From Clostridiales bacterium UBA1206 (lineage in GTDB: Bacteria; Bacillota; Clostridia; Oscillospirales; CAG-382): DNA of 64,000 nucleotides. The notes beneath the pieces are model-generated. The model was not told the origin of the DNA. It worked only from the letters and a program-made list of their open reading frames with translations, and ran no database searches. The position numbers and the translations under genes were made by a program. This document shows, one piece after another, positions 9,886 through 19,251 of the stretch; within the stretch, counting starts at the first letter, position 1, and the number at the start of each line of letters is the position of its first letter. The stretch spans positions 69,153 to 133,152 of the forward strand of contig DBXS01000034.1 of NCBI GenBank assembly GCA_002310055.1, written 5' to 3'.

Positions 9886-10816
9886 GATTTCCGCAAAACA
9901 GGTAATGGAACTCCGCAAGAAGACCGGCTGCGGCATGATGGAATGCAAAAAAGCTCTGGTCGAAGCTAACGGCGATTTCGAAGAGGCTACCAAGCTTCTG
10001 CGCGAAAAAGGACTTGCTGTTGCCGCTAAAAAGGCGAGCAGGATCGCCGCCGAAGGCCTTGTCGATATCGAAAAGTGCGAAAAATGCGGCTACACCGCAA
10101 TGGTCGAAGTCAACAGCGAAAGCGATTTCGTCGCCAAGAACGATCAGTTCAAAGGTTTCGTCAAATCCATACTTGCCACCATACTCAAGAATAAACCCGC
10201 CGACATCGCCGCTCTTATGAGCTGCACTCTCGAAGGCACCGAAAACACCGTAGAAGCCGAACTCAAGGATAAGATCTTCACCATAGGCGAAAATCTCACT
10301 ATCCGCCGTTTCGAGCTCATCTCCGGCGTTACCGGCACCTATATCCACGGCGGCGGCGCCGCGGGCGTCATCGTCAAGTTCGAGACCACCAACGGTATAG
10401 AAAACACCGACGCTTTCAAGGAATACGCCAAGAACATCTGCATGCAGATCGCGGCTATGTCTCCTCTTTACGTAGCTCCCGCCGACGTTCCCGAATCCGT
10501 CATCGACAGCGAAAAAGAGATCATCCTCACCCAGATCAAGAACGATCCCAAATTTGCCAACAAACCCGCAGCCGTCGTCGAAAAGATGGTCACCGGCCGC
10601 GTGAGCAAGTATTACGACACCAACTGCCTCGACGAGCAGCAGTACGTCCGCGACGAAGCTCTCAAAGTCAAAGCATACACCCAGAACACCGCCAAAGAAC
10701 TGGGCGGCGATATCAAGATAGTCTCGTTCGTCAAATACGAACGCGGCGAAGGCATCGAAAAAGTCGAAGAAGACTACGCTGCCGAGATCGCCAAACTCGC
10801 TGGTGGCGGCAAATAA
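9878..10816 (+). CDS. tsf: translation elongation factor Ts
   Basis: [47 protein letters not shown]. Overlaps the rpsB 3' end by 8 nt. Confidence 0.97.
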   Translation: MAEISAKQVMELRKKTGCGMMECKKALVEANGDFEEATKLLREKGLAVAAKKASRIAAEGLVDIEKCEKCGYTAMVEVNSESDFVAKNDQFKGFVKSILATILKNKPADIAALMSCTLEGTENTVEAELKDKIFTIGENLTIRRFELISGVTGTYIHGGGAAGVIVKFETTNGIENTDAFKEYAKNICMQIAAMSPLYVAPADVPESVIDSEKEIILTQIKNDPKFANKPAAVVEKMVTGRVSKYYDTNCLDEQQYVRDEALKVKAYTQNTAKELGGDIKIVSFVKYERGEGIEKVEEDYAAEIAKLAGGGK

Positions 10817-10837
10817 TTCTGAACGATATCGCAAACC

Positions 10838-10878
10838 GACCGCTTTTGCATTACTTGCAAAGGCGGTCTTTGTTTTGG
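10838..10878 (+). terminator. rho-independent terminator after tsf
   Basis: The arms gaccgcttttgca / tgcaaaggcggtc form a stem, followed by tttgtttt. Confidence 0.7.
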
Positions 10879-10971
10879 AATCGCAATAATAAAAATATCT
10901 TGATAAGCCGCTTTTTTTATGGTATAATAATCGAGACAAACCGAAAGGGGAGACGTACCGCTTTGAGTAAG

Positions 10972-11733
10972 ATGCTGCCTGTGCCGCTTAAAAAAGAATA
11001 CAGACGTTACTACAAGTCGCGTCTTTTTCTTTACGGCTTTCACGTCTTCCTGGTGATTTCGCTCGCCGTTATCGCACCGTTCGAATTCTGGTCCGGCATG
11101 CGTATGTTCGACGAAATCGGCGCAATAATTTTCCATAACGTCGCCGAGACGGGGAATCCCGTGGCTTACGCGATCGTTTTCTTTTCGCTCGTCATTATCG
11201 AACGTGTCTTTAAGATGATATATAAGCGGGTGCGCTTAAAAGAGCTCGACAAGGCGCTCGACTATATGGAAAACCGCTTTACTATGATGGATCCGGAAGA
11301 TCCGGTCGTGGAACGCGCCGCGTTGTCAAAGAATTCCTTCGGCGACGTGCTCGATCAGAAGCTCGAGCTTATAAACACCGTGCTGCTTATAGTCACGCTT
11401 GCCGTTATATGCTGTATCACCAACGTCTACGCCGGCGCGCCGTTTATTATCGTGTCGCTTATCACCGCCGTGCGCGCCGTCAAACAGAAACCGCCCAACA
11501 GATGGCTCAAGCTCGCGGATAACGCTTTATTGCAGGCGTTCCTGTTTTCCACCATTTTGCTAATGATATTCCATTACGTTTCGTACGGCAGCGTGCTCGG
11601 CTATTACGCGGTCATACTGGTCAGGATGCTTCTGCAAAAAAACGTGCCGGAAGATATCGCTCTTTTCAAAGTACATACCGCTCGACTCACGGTACTTTCC
11701 GAAGCTTTCGCGCGCGATCCGGTCGTAAAATAG
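10972..11733 (+). CDS. hypothetical polytopic membrane protein
   Basis: The ORF has several hydrophobic segments and I recognise no family. The start is uncertain: ATG 10972, or in-frame TTG 10963 placed 9 nt after GGGGAG. Confidence 0.5.
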   Translation: MLPVPLKKEYRRYYKSRLFLYGFHVFLVISLAVIAPFEFWSGMRMFDEIGAIIFHNVAETGNPVAYAIVFFSLVIIERVFKMIYKRVRLKELDKALDYMENRFTMMDPEDPVVERAALSKNSFGDVLDQKLELINTVLLIVTLAVICCITNVYAGAPFIIVSLITAVRAVKQKPPNRWLKLADNALLQAFLFSTILLMIFHYVSYGSVLGYYAVILVRMLLQKNVPEDIALFKVHTARLTVLSEAFARDPVVK

Positions 11734-11824
11734 CGCGTTTCAAGCCCGGATTTCGCCGGAAAACCTTGTATTCATTACGCTTTTGGCACCCAAAAAAATA
11801 TTTTTACTTTTTTTCAAAAAACTA

Positions 11825-11853
11825 TTGCAAAATAGCAAAAAGTGTGGTATTAT
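11825..11853 (+). promoter_or_regulatory. sigma-A-type promoter for the tRNA operon (TTGCAA-17-TATTAT, TGTGg extended -10)
   Basis: ttgcaaaatagcaaaaagtgtggTATTAT, about 30 nt upstream of tRNA-Asp. Confidence 0.55.
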
Positions 11854-11883
11854 AACAAAGCTCCGTTTGAGAGCCAACGATCC

Positions 11884-11960
11884 GGTTCGGTAGTTCAGTT
11901 GGTTAGAACGCCGCCCTGTCACGGCGGAGGTCGTGGGTTCGAGTCCCATCCGAATCGCCA
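11884..11960 (+). tRNA. tRNA-Asp (GTC)
   Basis: Hand-folded cloverleaf. Acceptor ggttcgg/ccgaatc, anticodon loop c-t-GTC-a-c, T-loop ggttcgagtcc, encoded CCA. Confidence 0.9.
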
Positions 11961-11977
11961 TACTATTCAATGATCAC

Positions 11978-12053
11978 GCCTCTGTAGCTCAGTTGGTAGA
12001 GCAGGGGACTGAAAATTCCCGTGTCGTTGGTTCAATTCCGACCGGAGGCACCA
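11978..12053 (+). tRNA. tRNA-Phe (GAA)
   Basis: Acceptor gcctctg/cggaggc, anticodon loop ctGAAaa, T-loop ggttcaattcc, encoded CCA. Confidence 0.9.
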
Positions 12054-12073
12054 TAATCATTGAATAGTTTTAT

Positions 12074-12149
12074 GCGGATTTAGCTCATTTGGTAGAGCGC
12101 CACCTTGCCAAGGTGGAGGTAGCGGGTTCGAACCCCGTAATCCGCTCCA
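12074..12149 (+). tRNA. tRNA-Gly (GCC)
   Basis: Acceptor gcggatt/aatccgc, anticodon stem ccacc/ggtgg with loop ttGCCaa, T-loop ggttcgaaccc, encoded CCA. Confidence 0.9.
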
Positions 12150-12263
12150 TTTTTTCGACGTGTCGATTTCGTTCGGCGTGTTTACACGGTTCGGATCGGG
12201 CGCAAACGTCGAAAAAAGTAACGCGGTAAATACCGCTTAATAAACGGTTCTGCCGTTTATTTT

Positions 12264-12339
12264 GCTGATGTGGCACAGGTGGTAGCGCACATCCTTGGTA
12301 AGGATGAGGTCACGAGTTCGAATCTCGTCATCAGCTCCA
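12264..12339 (+). tRNA. tRNA-Thr (GGT)
   Basis: Acceptor gctgatg/catcagc, anticodon stem catcc/ggatg with loop ttGGTaa, T-loop agttcgaatct, encoded CCA. Confidence 0.9.
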
Positions 12340-12340
12340 G

Positions 12341-12367
12341 AAAACCGTTCCGAAAGGGACGGTTTTT
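12341..12367 (+). terminator. rho-independent terminator after tRNA-Thr
   Basis: Hairpin aaaaccgttccgaaagggacggttttt followed by a T-run. Confidence 0.7.
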
Positions 12368-12483
12368 CAATTATTATAAGCGTTAGTCAATAATTAGTAA
12401 CACTTTATCTCTTGACTATTTTTATTTAATATGATAAAATTCAAATACTGAAAAATATGACTATTTTGAAAGGGTATGAACAT

Positions 12484-13491
12484 ATGAAACGTTTGATTGC
12501 TGTTTTGCTTTCGCTTTGCCTGCTCCTCGCTTTGGCGGCGTGCGGCGGAAACTCCACAGAGACCTCCGAAACTTCCGGAAAAGAGAGCTCTTCTTCTGCT
12601 GATCCTTCTTCCGATACTTCCGGCGCAGATGTTTCCGCGCCTCAACCTGATGAAAGCGGCGTTGAACCTCAGGAAAGCGAAGATGTTTCGCAGATAGTCG
12701 AAGACGAGTATTTCACCAAATTCGACCAGACGACTTCCTATGACAGCGACGATACTACAATAGTGTTCGACGGCTCTTCCGTCACGATTTCCGGCGTCGG
12801 CGCCACCGCGAACGGCGCGTTCGTCACCATCACCGCCGCGGGCACCTACGTCGTCTCCGGCAGATCTACCAACGGCCAGATAATCGTCGAAGTGGCAAAG
12901 ACCGACAAAGTGCGCCTCGTCTTCAACGGGCTCGACCTCATCTGCTCCAAATCGGCTCCTGTATGGGTCAAATCCGCCGACAAGGTGGCTGTTACCCTCG
13001 CAGACGGAACCAAGAACTTTCTGACCGACGGCAAGACTTACGTGTACGATAACGCAGATAACGAACCTAACGCCTGTCTGTTTTCCAAGGACGACCTCAC
13101 CGTAAACGGCGGCGGGTCGCTCGAGATCAAGGCGAACAATAATAACGGCATAGGCACCAAGAACGACCTACGCATCTTTTCCGGCAATATTACCGTCAGC
13201 GCAGCCAAGAACGCGCTCAAGGGCAACGATTCCGTGGCGATCAACAGCGGAGTCGTCATCAATATCACCAAATGCAAGGACGGCATAAAGACTGACAACA
13301 CTGAAGAAGTCCTCAAAGGATTCGTATATATCCGCGGCGGCGACATAAGCATCACCGCTTCCGACGACGGCATCCAGGCGACTCGAAAAGTGACGGTCGA
13401 AGGCGGAAACATCACTGTCAGCGCACGCAGCAACGTCATCAACTGCGACGGCGAGGTCAAGGTGGCTAAAGACGTCATTACCGAAAAATGA
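12484..13491 (+). CDS. lipoprotein, carbohydrate-binding-domain (DUF4353-like) beta-helical repeat protein
   Basis: Signal and lipobox MKRLIAVLLSLCLLLALAAC. After a Ser/Glu-rich linker come motifs as in the DUF4353 family: TITAAGTYVVSGRSTNGQIIVE, DDLTVNGGGSLEIKANNNNGIGTKNDLRI, GNITVSAAKNALKGNDSV. Confidence 0.7.
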   Translation: MKRLIAVLLSLCLLLALAACGGNSTETSETSGKESSSSADPSSDTSGADVSAPQPDESGVEPQESEDVSQIVEDEYFTKFDQTTSYDSDDTTIVFDGSSVTISGVGATANGAFVTITAAGTYVVSGRSTNGQIIVEVAKTDKVRLVFNGLDLICSKSAPVWVKSADKVAVTLADGTKNFLTDGKTYVYDNADNEPNACLFSKDDLTVNGGGSLEIKANNNNGIGTKNDLRIFSGNITVSAAKNALKGNDSVAINSGVVINITKCKDGIKTDNTEEVLKGFVYIRGGDISITASDDGIQATRKVTVEGGNITVSARSNVINCDGEVKVAKDVITEK

Positions 13492-13994
13492 GCAAAAAGC
13501 TTTTCGTAATACTGCTTGCAGTATGCGTCGCGGCGGTCGCTTTGGGCGTTTTCCTCGTAGTGAGGACGCTTACGCGGACGGGCGCCGATGATCCGGTCCG
13601 GGCGGTATGGCGGTATCAGAAAGCGGCTATGCTGTACGACGCCGACGGTATGCTTAAATATTCTTCGGAATATAACAAGGCCGTACTAACCGACCACGCG
13701 CCGCGCAATACCGACCTCAAGGATTATTTAAAAAAGCAGTATTCTTCCGTCACTTCGCGCTACGCCGGCAAAAAGCTCACTTATAACGCAGAAATTACAG
13801 GGGAGTATTCTGACGGAGACGCGGAATACGAAACGCTTTTTGCCGAATATACGGCGCGCGTGCCGGAAGCAGAAAAGCCGGATCGCTTTGCGCAAGTGAA
13901 AATGACTGTATTTTCCGAAAACGCAAAGGCGTTCGAGATCACGGCGTACGCGGTCCGGGCCGGCGGCAGCTGGTATTACTGGAAAACGAACTGA
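13488..13994 (+). CDS. hypothetical membrane-anchored protein (single N-terminal TM)
   Basis: 168 aa. MSKKLFVILLAVCVAAVALGVFLVV anchor. ATGA overlap with the preceding lipoprotein gene. Confidence 0.55.
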   Translation: MSKKLFVILLAVCVAAVALGVFLVVRTLTRTGADDPVRAVWRYQKAAMLYDADGMLKYSSEYNKAVLTDHAPRNTDLKDYLKKQYSSVTSRYAGKKLTYNAEITGEYSDGDAEYETLFAEYTARVPEAEKPDRFAQVKMTVFSENAKAFEITAYAVRAGGSWYYWKTN

Positions 13995-14322
13995 AAAATA
14001 CTAAAAGCGCTGAAAACCGCAGGTTTTCAATTTAGCTGATAAGACAAACCGAAAGAAAACGACCCACTATGACACTTTCTAAAATCGAAAGATGCCACAG
14101 TGGGTTTGTTTTTGCTTTATGTTGGCTCTTACTTCGCCGTGCTATTTCGTTTCTTGTGCAGTTTGACGCCAAAAACGAACTATATGCACAAATCATTGGT
14201 GTATATTTTATGCAATATTACAAATCATCTAACATATGTTAACACAATATTCACAAATAGCGAGTATAATACCCGCGAATTCAGACAAGGGCAATACTCT
14301 TTACAGAAAGGATGACGTCTAT

Positions 14323-14574
14323 ATGGAAAACGTATTGACCGAAAAAATAAAATACAAATACAAAGTAGAACTCGATACAATGAGCGACGTGCGCGAATTC
14401 GTCGCCGCCGCGACAAAGTGCGAGACCAAAGTTACGCTCCGTGCCGGTAACTTCACCGCAAATGCGCAGAGCATGCTCGGAGTTGCGCTCGCCCGTAAAA
14501 TTGACTGGAACGATCTTATTATAGAAAGCGACCGCGATTATTATGGCGAGTTCAGAAAATTCATCGTCGAATAA
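14323..14574 (+). CDS. HPr-fold protein lacking histidine (HPr-like, not a PTS phosphocarrier)
   Basis: 83 aa from the ATG at 14323 (AAAGGA RBS). NAQSMLGVALA resembles the HPr KSIMGVMSL segment. The protein contains no His at all. Confidence 0.55.
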   Translation: MENVLTEKIKYKYKVELDTMSDVREFVAAATKCETKVTLRAGNFTANAQSMLGVALARKIDWNDLIIESDRDYYGEFRKFIVE

Positions 14575-14605
14575 TCACAGCTCAAACGAATACCCGCCCA
14601 AGTCT

Positions 14606-14647
14606 GAAATACAGTAGATCCGCCTTACGTACAACGTAACGGCGGAT
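14606..14647. terminator. bidirectional rho-independent terminator
   Basis: The arms agatccgccttacgt / cgtaacggcggatct form a long stem followed by ttgttttt. It lies between convergent genes. Confidence 0.75.
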
Positions 14648-14658
14648 CTTTGTTTTTG

Positions 14659-15756
14659 CTATATCAGTTCGGCGATTATTGCGTTGGAAACGCGGAACCC
14701 GGTCTCGTTCAGCGCGAAAACGCCGTCTTTGAACGTACCGAATCCGCTTTCCGCGAACTTTTTGGCCTTTTCGGTTTTATCTTTTGGCAGCTTTACACCG
14801 TCGGCGAGCCGCATACCCAGCATAACGCGTTCTTCTTCGCTTTCTTCGGGAGTTAACGGCATGGCGGACTCATAATCGGTATCCGATAAAAAAGGCAAAA
14901 CCGAGCGTTTGATGAACCGCTGCGTGTCTTTAGGAGTTTCGAACCGCCTTGAATTATAAAAAGAATGCGCCGCCGGACCTATGCCTATATATTCGCCGCG
15001 TTTCCAGTAGACCGTGTTGTGCGCCGATCCGTAGCCCAGCTTGGCAAACGACGAGATCTCGTAATGGCGGTATCCGTGCGCGCCGAGTTCGCGGCACAGC
15101 GTTTCGTACTGCGCGTCTTCTTCGTTTTCGTCGGGGAAAACGTATTTGTCTCTGTTTTCATACAGCGGCGTGCCTTCTTCTATCATTAACGAATACGCCG
15201 AGACGTGCTCGGGGTCAAGGTCGGTTATCTGTTTAACGGTAGCCGAAAAACCGTCGCCCGGCAGACCGAAGATTGCGTCCAGCGATACGTTGCCGAAATA
15301 CTTACGCGCGTCTTCGTAGCATTTCAAAAACGTGCCGTTGTCGTGTATCCTGCCAAGCGTTTTAAGGGTGGAGTCGTCAGCGGACTGCATCCCCAGCGAC
15401 AGCCGGTTGAATCCCGCGCTGTGAAGATCATAAAGGTCTTCCGCATCGACCGTGCCTGGATTGGCTTCCAGCGTTATTTCGGTATTTGATTCGATATTGT
15501 ATTTTTTGAATATCGAAACGAGTATACGGCAAAGTCTTGCGCTTCCCATCACGGTCGGCGTGCCGCCGCCGAAATACACGGTTTTGACGTTTATTTCCGG
15601 CAGCGATTCTATCCGTCTTATAACTGCGCGCTCGTATTCGTCTTTGAGCTCCTCGTTTTGGCACGGCGCGGAAAAAAATGCGCAGTACGCGCATTTTTTG
15701 ACACAGAAAGGGAAATGGATATAGAGCGAAACGTCGCGTTTACTGTTCGTCGTCAT
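14659..15756 (-). CDS. hemW: radical-SAM heme chaperone HemW (oxygen-independent coproporphyrinogen-III oxidase-like)
   Basis: [21 protein letters not shown] CxxxCxxC motif. 365 aa. Conserved position downstream of lepA. Confidence 0.88.
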   Translation of the reverse strand: MTTNSKRDVSLYIHFPFCVKKCAYCAFFSAPCQNEELKDEYERAVIRRIESLPEINVKTVYFGGGTPTVMGSARLCRILVSIFKKYNIESNTEITLEANPGTVDAEDLYDLHSAGFNRLSLGMQSADDSTLKTLGRIHDNGTFLKCYEDARKYFGNVSLDAIFGLPGDGFSATVKQITDLDPEHVSAYSLMIEEGTPLYENRDKYVFPDENEEDAQYETLCRELGAHGYRHYEISSFAKLGYGSAHNTVYWKRGEYIGIGPAAHSFYNSRRFETPKDTQRFIKRSVLPFLSDTDYESAMPLTPEESEEERVMLGMRLADGVKLPKDKTEKAKKFAESGFGTFKDGVFALNETGFRVSNAIIAELI

Positions 15757-17551
15757 ATTTCAAGACCGCCATGAACGCTTCCGGCGGCACTTCCACCGTG
15801 CCGAAAGAGCGCATACGTTTTTTGCCTTCCTTTTGCTTTTCCAAAAGCTTCTTTTTGCGCGTTATGTCGCCGCCGTAACACTTGGCGAGCACGTCCTTGC
15901 GCAGCGCCTTGACAGTCTCGCGCGCGATTATCTTGCCGCCTATAGCCGCCTGCACCGGTATTTCGAACAGCTGGCGCGGGATATTTTCTTTGAGTTTTTC
16001 GCATATCTTGCGCGCGCGCATATACGCTTTGTCGGCGTGGACTATGAACGAAAGCGCGTCGACAATGCTGCCGTTGAGCAGGATATCGAGCTTGACGAGC
16101 TTGGAAGGCTCGTACTCCTTGGGCTCGTAATCGAGCGATGCGTACCCCTTGGAACGCGACTTTAGCGCGTCGAAGAAATCGTAGATTATCTCGTTGAGCG
16201 GCATTTCATAACGCAATTCCGCACGGTTGGTATCGAGATAGCTCATACCTACGTAAACGCCGCGCCTGTCGCGGCAGAGCTCCATGATCGAACCCATATA
16301 TTCGGTCGGCGTGATGACCGAGGCTTTTACTATCGGCTCGGCGGAAGATTCTATCTCTTCCTGCGGCGGATAGTTGGTGGGGTTATCAATAAACAGCGTC
16401 TCGCCGTTGTGCTTGGTTATTTTGTAAATGACCGAAGGCGCCGTGGTTATGAGGTCGAGGTTGAATTCGCGTTCCAGCCGCTCTTCGATTATCTCCATAT
16501 GCAAAAGTCCTAAGAATCCGCAGCGGAAGCCGAATCCCAAAGCCACCGAAGTCTCGGGCTCGAAAGCGAACGCCGCGTCGTTGAGCCGCAGCTTTTCGAG
16601 CGCGTCGCGCAGATCGCCGTAGCGCGAGCCGTCGGCGGGATATATGCCGGCGTAGACCATGGGCAGGCATTTCTTGAACCCGGGCAGCGGTTCTGACGCG
16701 GGATTTGCGGCGTTTGTAACGGTGTCGCCCACGGTCGTTTCGGCTACGCTTTTTATGGAAGCGGTGAAATAGCCGACTTCGCCGGGGTACAGCCTGTCGC
16801 GCGGGTTGAGCCCAAGCGCGCCCAGAGTGCCGGTCTCCACGACCGTGAATTCCGAACCGGAATGCATCATCCTGACCGTGTCGCCAACTCCAATGGAGCC
16901 GTTCATCACGCGGAAATATACTATAACGCCCTTATAACTGTCGTAATACGAATCGAATACCAGCGCTTCCAGCGGTTTTTCCGTATCGCCTTTGGGGCAC
17001 GGGATCTCTCTGACCACGGCTTCGAGCACGTCTTCTATGTTTATGCCGTTCTTTGCCGAAATCTTCGGGCAGTCTTCGGCTGGCAGCCCCAGTACGTCTT
17101 CGATCTCGCGCACGGTCATATCCACGTCGGCGGAAACGAGGTCGATCTTGTTTACGACCGGTATTATCTCAAGGTCGTTGTCTATGGCAAGATACGCGTT
17201 GGCGAGCGTTTGCGCCTGTATGCCCTGAGTGGCGTCAACAACGAGCAGAGCGCCCTCGCACGCTTTGAGCGAACGCGAAACTTCGTAGTTGAAATCAACG
17301 TGGCCCGGCGTGTCAATGAGGTTCATAACGTATTCCTCGCCGTCCTTGGCGCGGTAAACGAACCGCACTGCGCGCGCCTTTATGGTGATGCCGCGTTCGC
17401 GCTCAAGTTCCATATTGTCGAGTATGCGGTCTTCCATTTCGCGCTCGGAGACCGATTTGGTGATCTCTAGCAGGCGGTCGGCGAGCGTCGATTTGCCGTG
17501 GTCGATATGCGCTATTATCGAAAAATTGCGTATCTTAGTGATGTCGTACAT
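15740..17551 (-). CDS. lepA: translation elongation factor 4
   Basis: 603 aa. [24 protein letters not shown]1 motif and a LepA C-terminal domain. Confidence 0.97.
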   Translation of the reverse strand: MYDITKIRNFSIIAHIDHGKSTLADRLLEITKSVSEREMEDRILDNMELERERGITIKARAVRFVYRAKDGEEYVMNLIDTPGHVDFNYEVSRSLKACEGALLVVDATQGIQAQTLANAYLAIDNDLEIIPVVNKIDLVSADVDMTVREIEDVLGLPAEDCPKISAKNGINIEDVLEAVVREIPCPKGDTEKPLEALVFDSYYDSYKGVIVYFRVMNGSIGVGDTVRMMHSGSEFTVVETGTLGALGLNPRDRLYPGEVGYFTASIKSVAETTVGDTVTNAANPASEPLPGFKKCLPMVYAGIYPADGSRYGDLRDALEKLRLNDAAFAFEPETSVALGFGFRCGFLGLLHMEIIEERLEREFNLDLITTAPSVIYKITKHNGETLFIDNPTNYPPQEEIESSAEPIVKASVITPTEYMGSIMELCRDRRGVYVGMSYLDTNRAELRYEMPLNEIIYDFFDALKSRSKGYASLDYEPKEYEPSKLVKLDILLNGSIVDALSFIVHADKAYMRARKICEKLKENIPRQLFEIPVQAAIGGKIIARETVKALRKDVLAKCYGGDITRKKKLLEKQKEGKKRMRSFGTVEVPPEAFMAVLKYDDEQ

Positions 17552-17554
17552 AAA

Positions 17555-18019
17555 CTATTCCTGTTTTTCTTTTTTGAATACGAATATCTTTCTGCCTAAA
17601 TAGTTCCAGATAAGGACGATACCTGCGGAGATTATGTGCGTGGAATAATACGGTACGGTCTCCTTGCCGAATTCCGAAAGGCTTACGCCGAAAATCCACG
17701 CGCCGGCGTTCATAAGCAGCTCCTTGAGCGCAAAGCCTATAAGCCCCACGACGGTAAAGATGATGAACGCCTTGACGTTCCGTCCCTGCTTTTTCTGCTT
17801 TTCGGTGGTGAATACCCAAAGGACCGAAAGCACGTAGTTGACTATAAGCCCCACGATAAAGCCGACCGCGGTGGCGATGAAGGTGTTTAGCGAAGATTCT
17901 TCCTTGAGTATGAATTTCCAGAGCAGCCAGTGCGTGCCGGTCTCGAACAGAAAAGCCGTTCCGCCCACCACGCAGTAGCGCAGGAATTCCCATAAAGTGC
18001 GTTTTTGTTCGTCAGTCAT
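17555..18019 (-). CDS. GtrA-family membrane protein
   Basis: 154 aa with 4 TM segments. LRYCVVGGTAFLFETGTHWLLW is the GtrA-like N-terminal motif. Confidence 0.7.
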   Translation of the reverse strand: MTDEQKRTLWEFLRYCVVGGTAFLFETGTHWLLWKFILKEESSLNTFIATAVGFIVGLIVNYVLSVLWVFTTEKQKKQGRNVKAFIIFTVVGLIGFALKELLMNAGAWIFGVSLSEFGKETVPYYSTHIISAGIVLIWNYLGRKIFVFKKEKQE

Positions 18020-19155
18020 TATTTGTTTCCTTTCAGCGCCCGAGCCAGTACGGGATAAATGGCTTTCGCCATATAATAGTGGCCGAGATCATTGGGATGC
18101 AGGTTGTCCACGCAGAACAGATCTTTCATCGGCGCGGGGAAAAACCTGCCGCCGTCAATGAAATACACGTTGTCGCCGCGCTTTTTCATTTTGTCGTAAG
18201 TCCTGCGGCAGATGCGGCTCTTTTTGCGGTCGTTTTCGGTGACGTCCCAGAAGCACGGATGCGTTACAATGAGGATCGGAATATCGGGATGCGCGCTGCG
18301 TACGGTCTCGTAAAAAGGCTCGTGAGTCGTATCGAGTTCTTCAACGGAGCGCGAATTGTAATCGTAATCCATAACGAACGCCGAAATGTCGCGTTTGCCT
18401 ATCCATTCGGCGACGTAAAGCTCGCCGAAAGCCGAACCGGAATAGCCCATATTTATGTTGTCGCAGTCGAGCGCGCGGCAAATTATGTTGGAATACATAG
18501 ACCCCGGCCTCGAAACGCACCCGCCCTGCGTGATGGACGAACCGTAAAACGCAACCGGCTTGAATGTCCTCGGCGCCGGTTTTGCGATATGCGCCCCTCT
18601 GGGTATACCTATATCGAGCGTTTGGATACCGCCGTAGAGAGGAAATTCGACAGTTACTTCTTTGTATCCTGCCGGCATTCTAAGTATCTGCGCGTTTTCC
18701 GAAGGATCGTCGGCGAAAGTCTGCATCATAGCGCCGCAGTACGTCTTGTCGGTGCCGGTACCGAGATACATATCAAAGCCGTAAACGCCCCTGTCGCAGA
18801 AGTGATGCATCCCCAGGCAGCACGAACGGTATTTGACTTTGAGCACGAACCTGTCGGCGTCGGTGTAAAAGCGAAGCGTGCCTCCGGGCGTGCAGTCCGA
18901 AAGGGTATCCTTCCCGTCGTGATATTCGCTTCGTTTAGAGGCGTCGAGCCTGTAGTATTCGTTGTTGTTAAGGCGCGGAGGAAGCAAACCGCCGATCTCG
19001 AAAACGTCGTTGTCGGCGTTTATATACACGTATTCGTCGGTAAGTTCAGTAACGTATTTTTTCTTGATCTTCTCGGCTTTGATCGTGACGGCTTTTGAAT
19101 AGTCGTATCCGCTTGGCGCGGGTCTGCCGAAATAATAAGAGTCCATCGTTTTCAC
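18019..19155 (-). CDS. SGNH/GDSL-family hydrolase with N-terminal beta-sandwich domain
   Basis: 378 aa. FYGSSITQGG (block I Ser) and DNLHPNDLGH (block V D..H). Confidence 0.75.
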   Translation of the reverse strand: MKTMDSYYFGRPAPSGYDYSKAVTIKAEKIKKKYVTELTDEYVYINADNDVFEIGGLLPPRLNNNEYYRLDASKRSEYHDGKDTLSDCTPGGTLRFYTDADRFVLKVKYRSCCLGMHHFCDRGVYGFDMYLGTGTDKTYCGAMMQTFADDPSENAQILRMPAGYKEVTVEFPLYGGIQTLDIGIPRGAHIAKPAPRTFKPVAFYGSSITQGGCVSRPGSMYSNIICRALDCDNINMGYSGSAFGELYVAEWIGKRDISAFVMDYDYNSRSVEELDTTHEPFYETVRSAHPDIPILIVTHPCFWDVTENDRKKSRICRRTYDKMKKRGDNVYFIDGGRFFPAPMKDLFCVDNLHPNDLGHYYMAKAIYPVLARALKGNK

Positions 19156-19251
19156 CTCGTGCTATTTTAACATAACGCGCGTAAATTTGCAAGTATATAT
19201 TGAAAAACATAAAATAATATGTTAGAATAATCAAAAAGCGGAGGTGGACGA

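Noticed and set aside
12150-12263. Degenerate or pseudo-tRNA in the Gly-Thr spacer (contains ggttcggatc, which is T-loop-like).
   Set aside because: No acceptor, D or anticodon arms can be paired around it, and the flanking bases do not form a T-stem.
14100-14315. A 71-aa ORF (MGLFLLYVGSYF...) in the gene-free region before the HPr-like gene.
   Set aside because: It has a GTG start without an RBS and begins inside the terminator T-run. The sequence is AT-rich and low in complexity, and it overlaps the likely promoter of the downstream gene.
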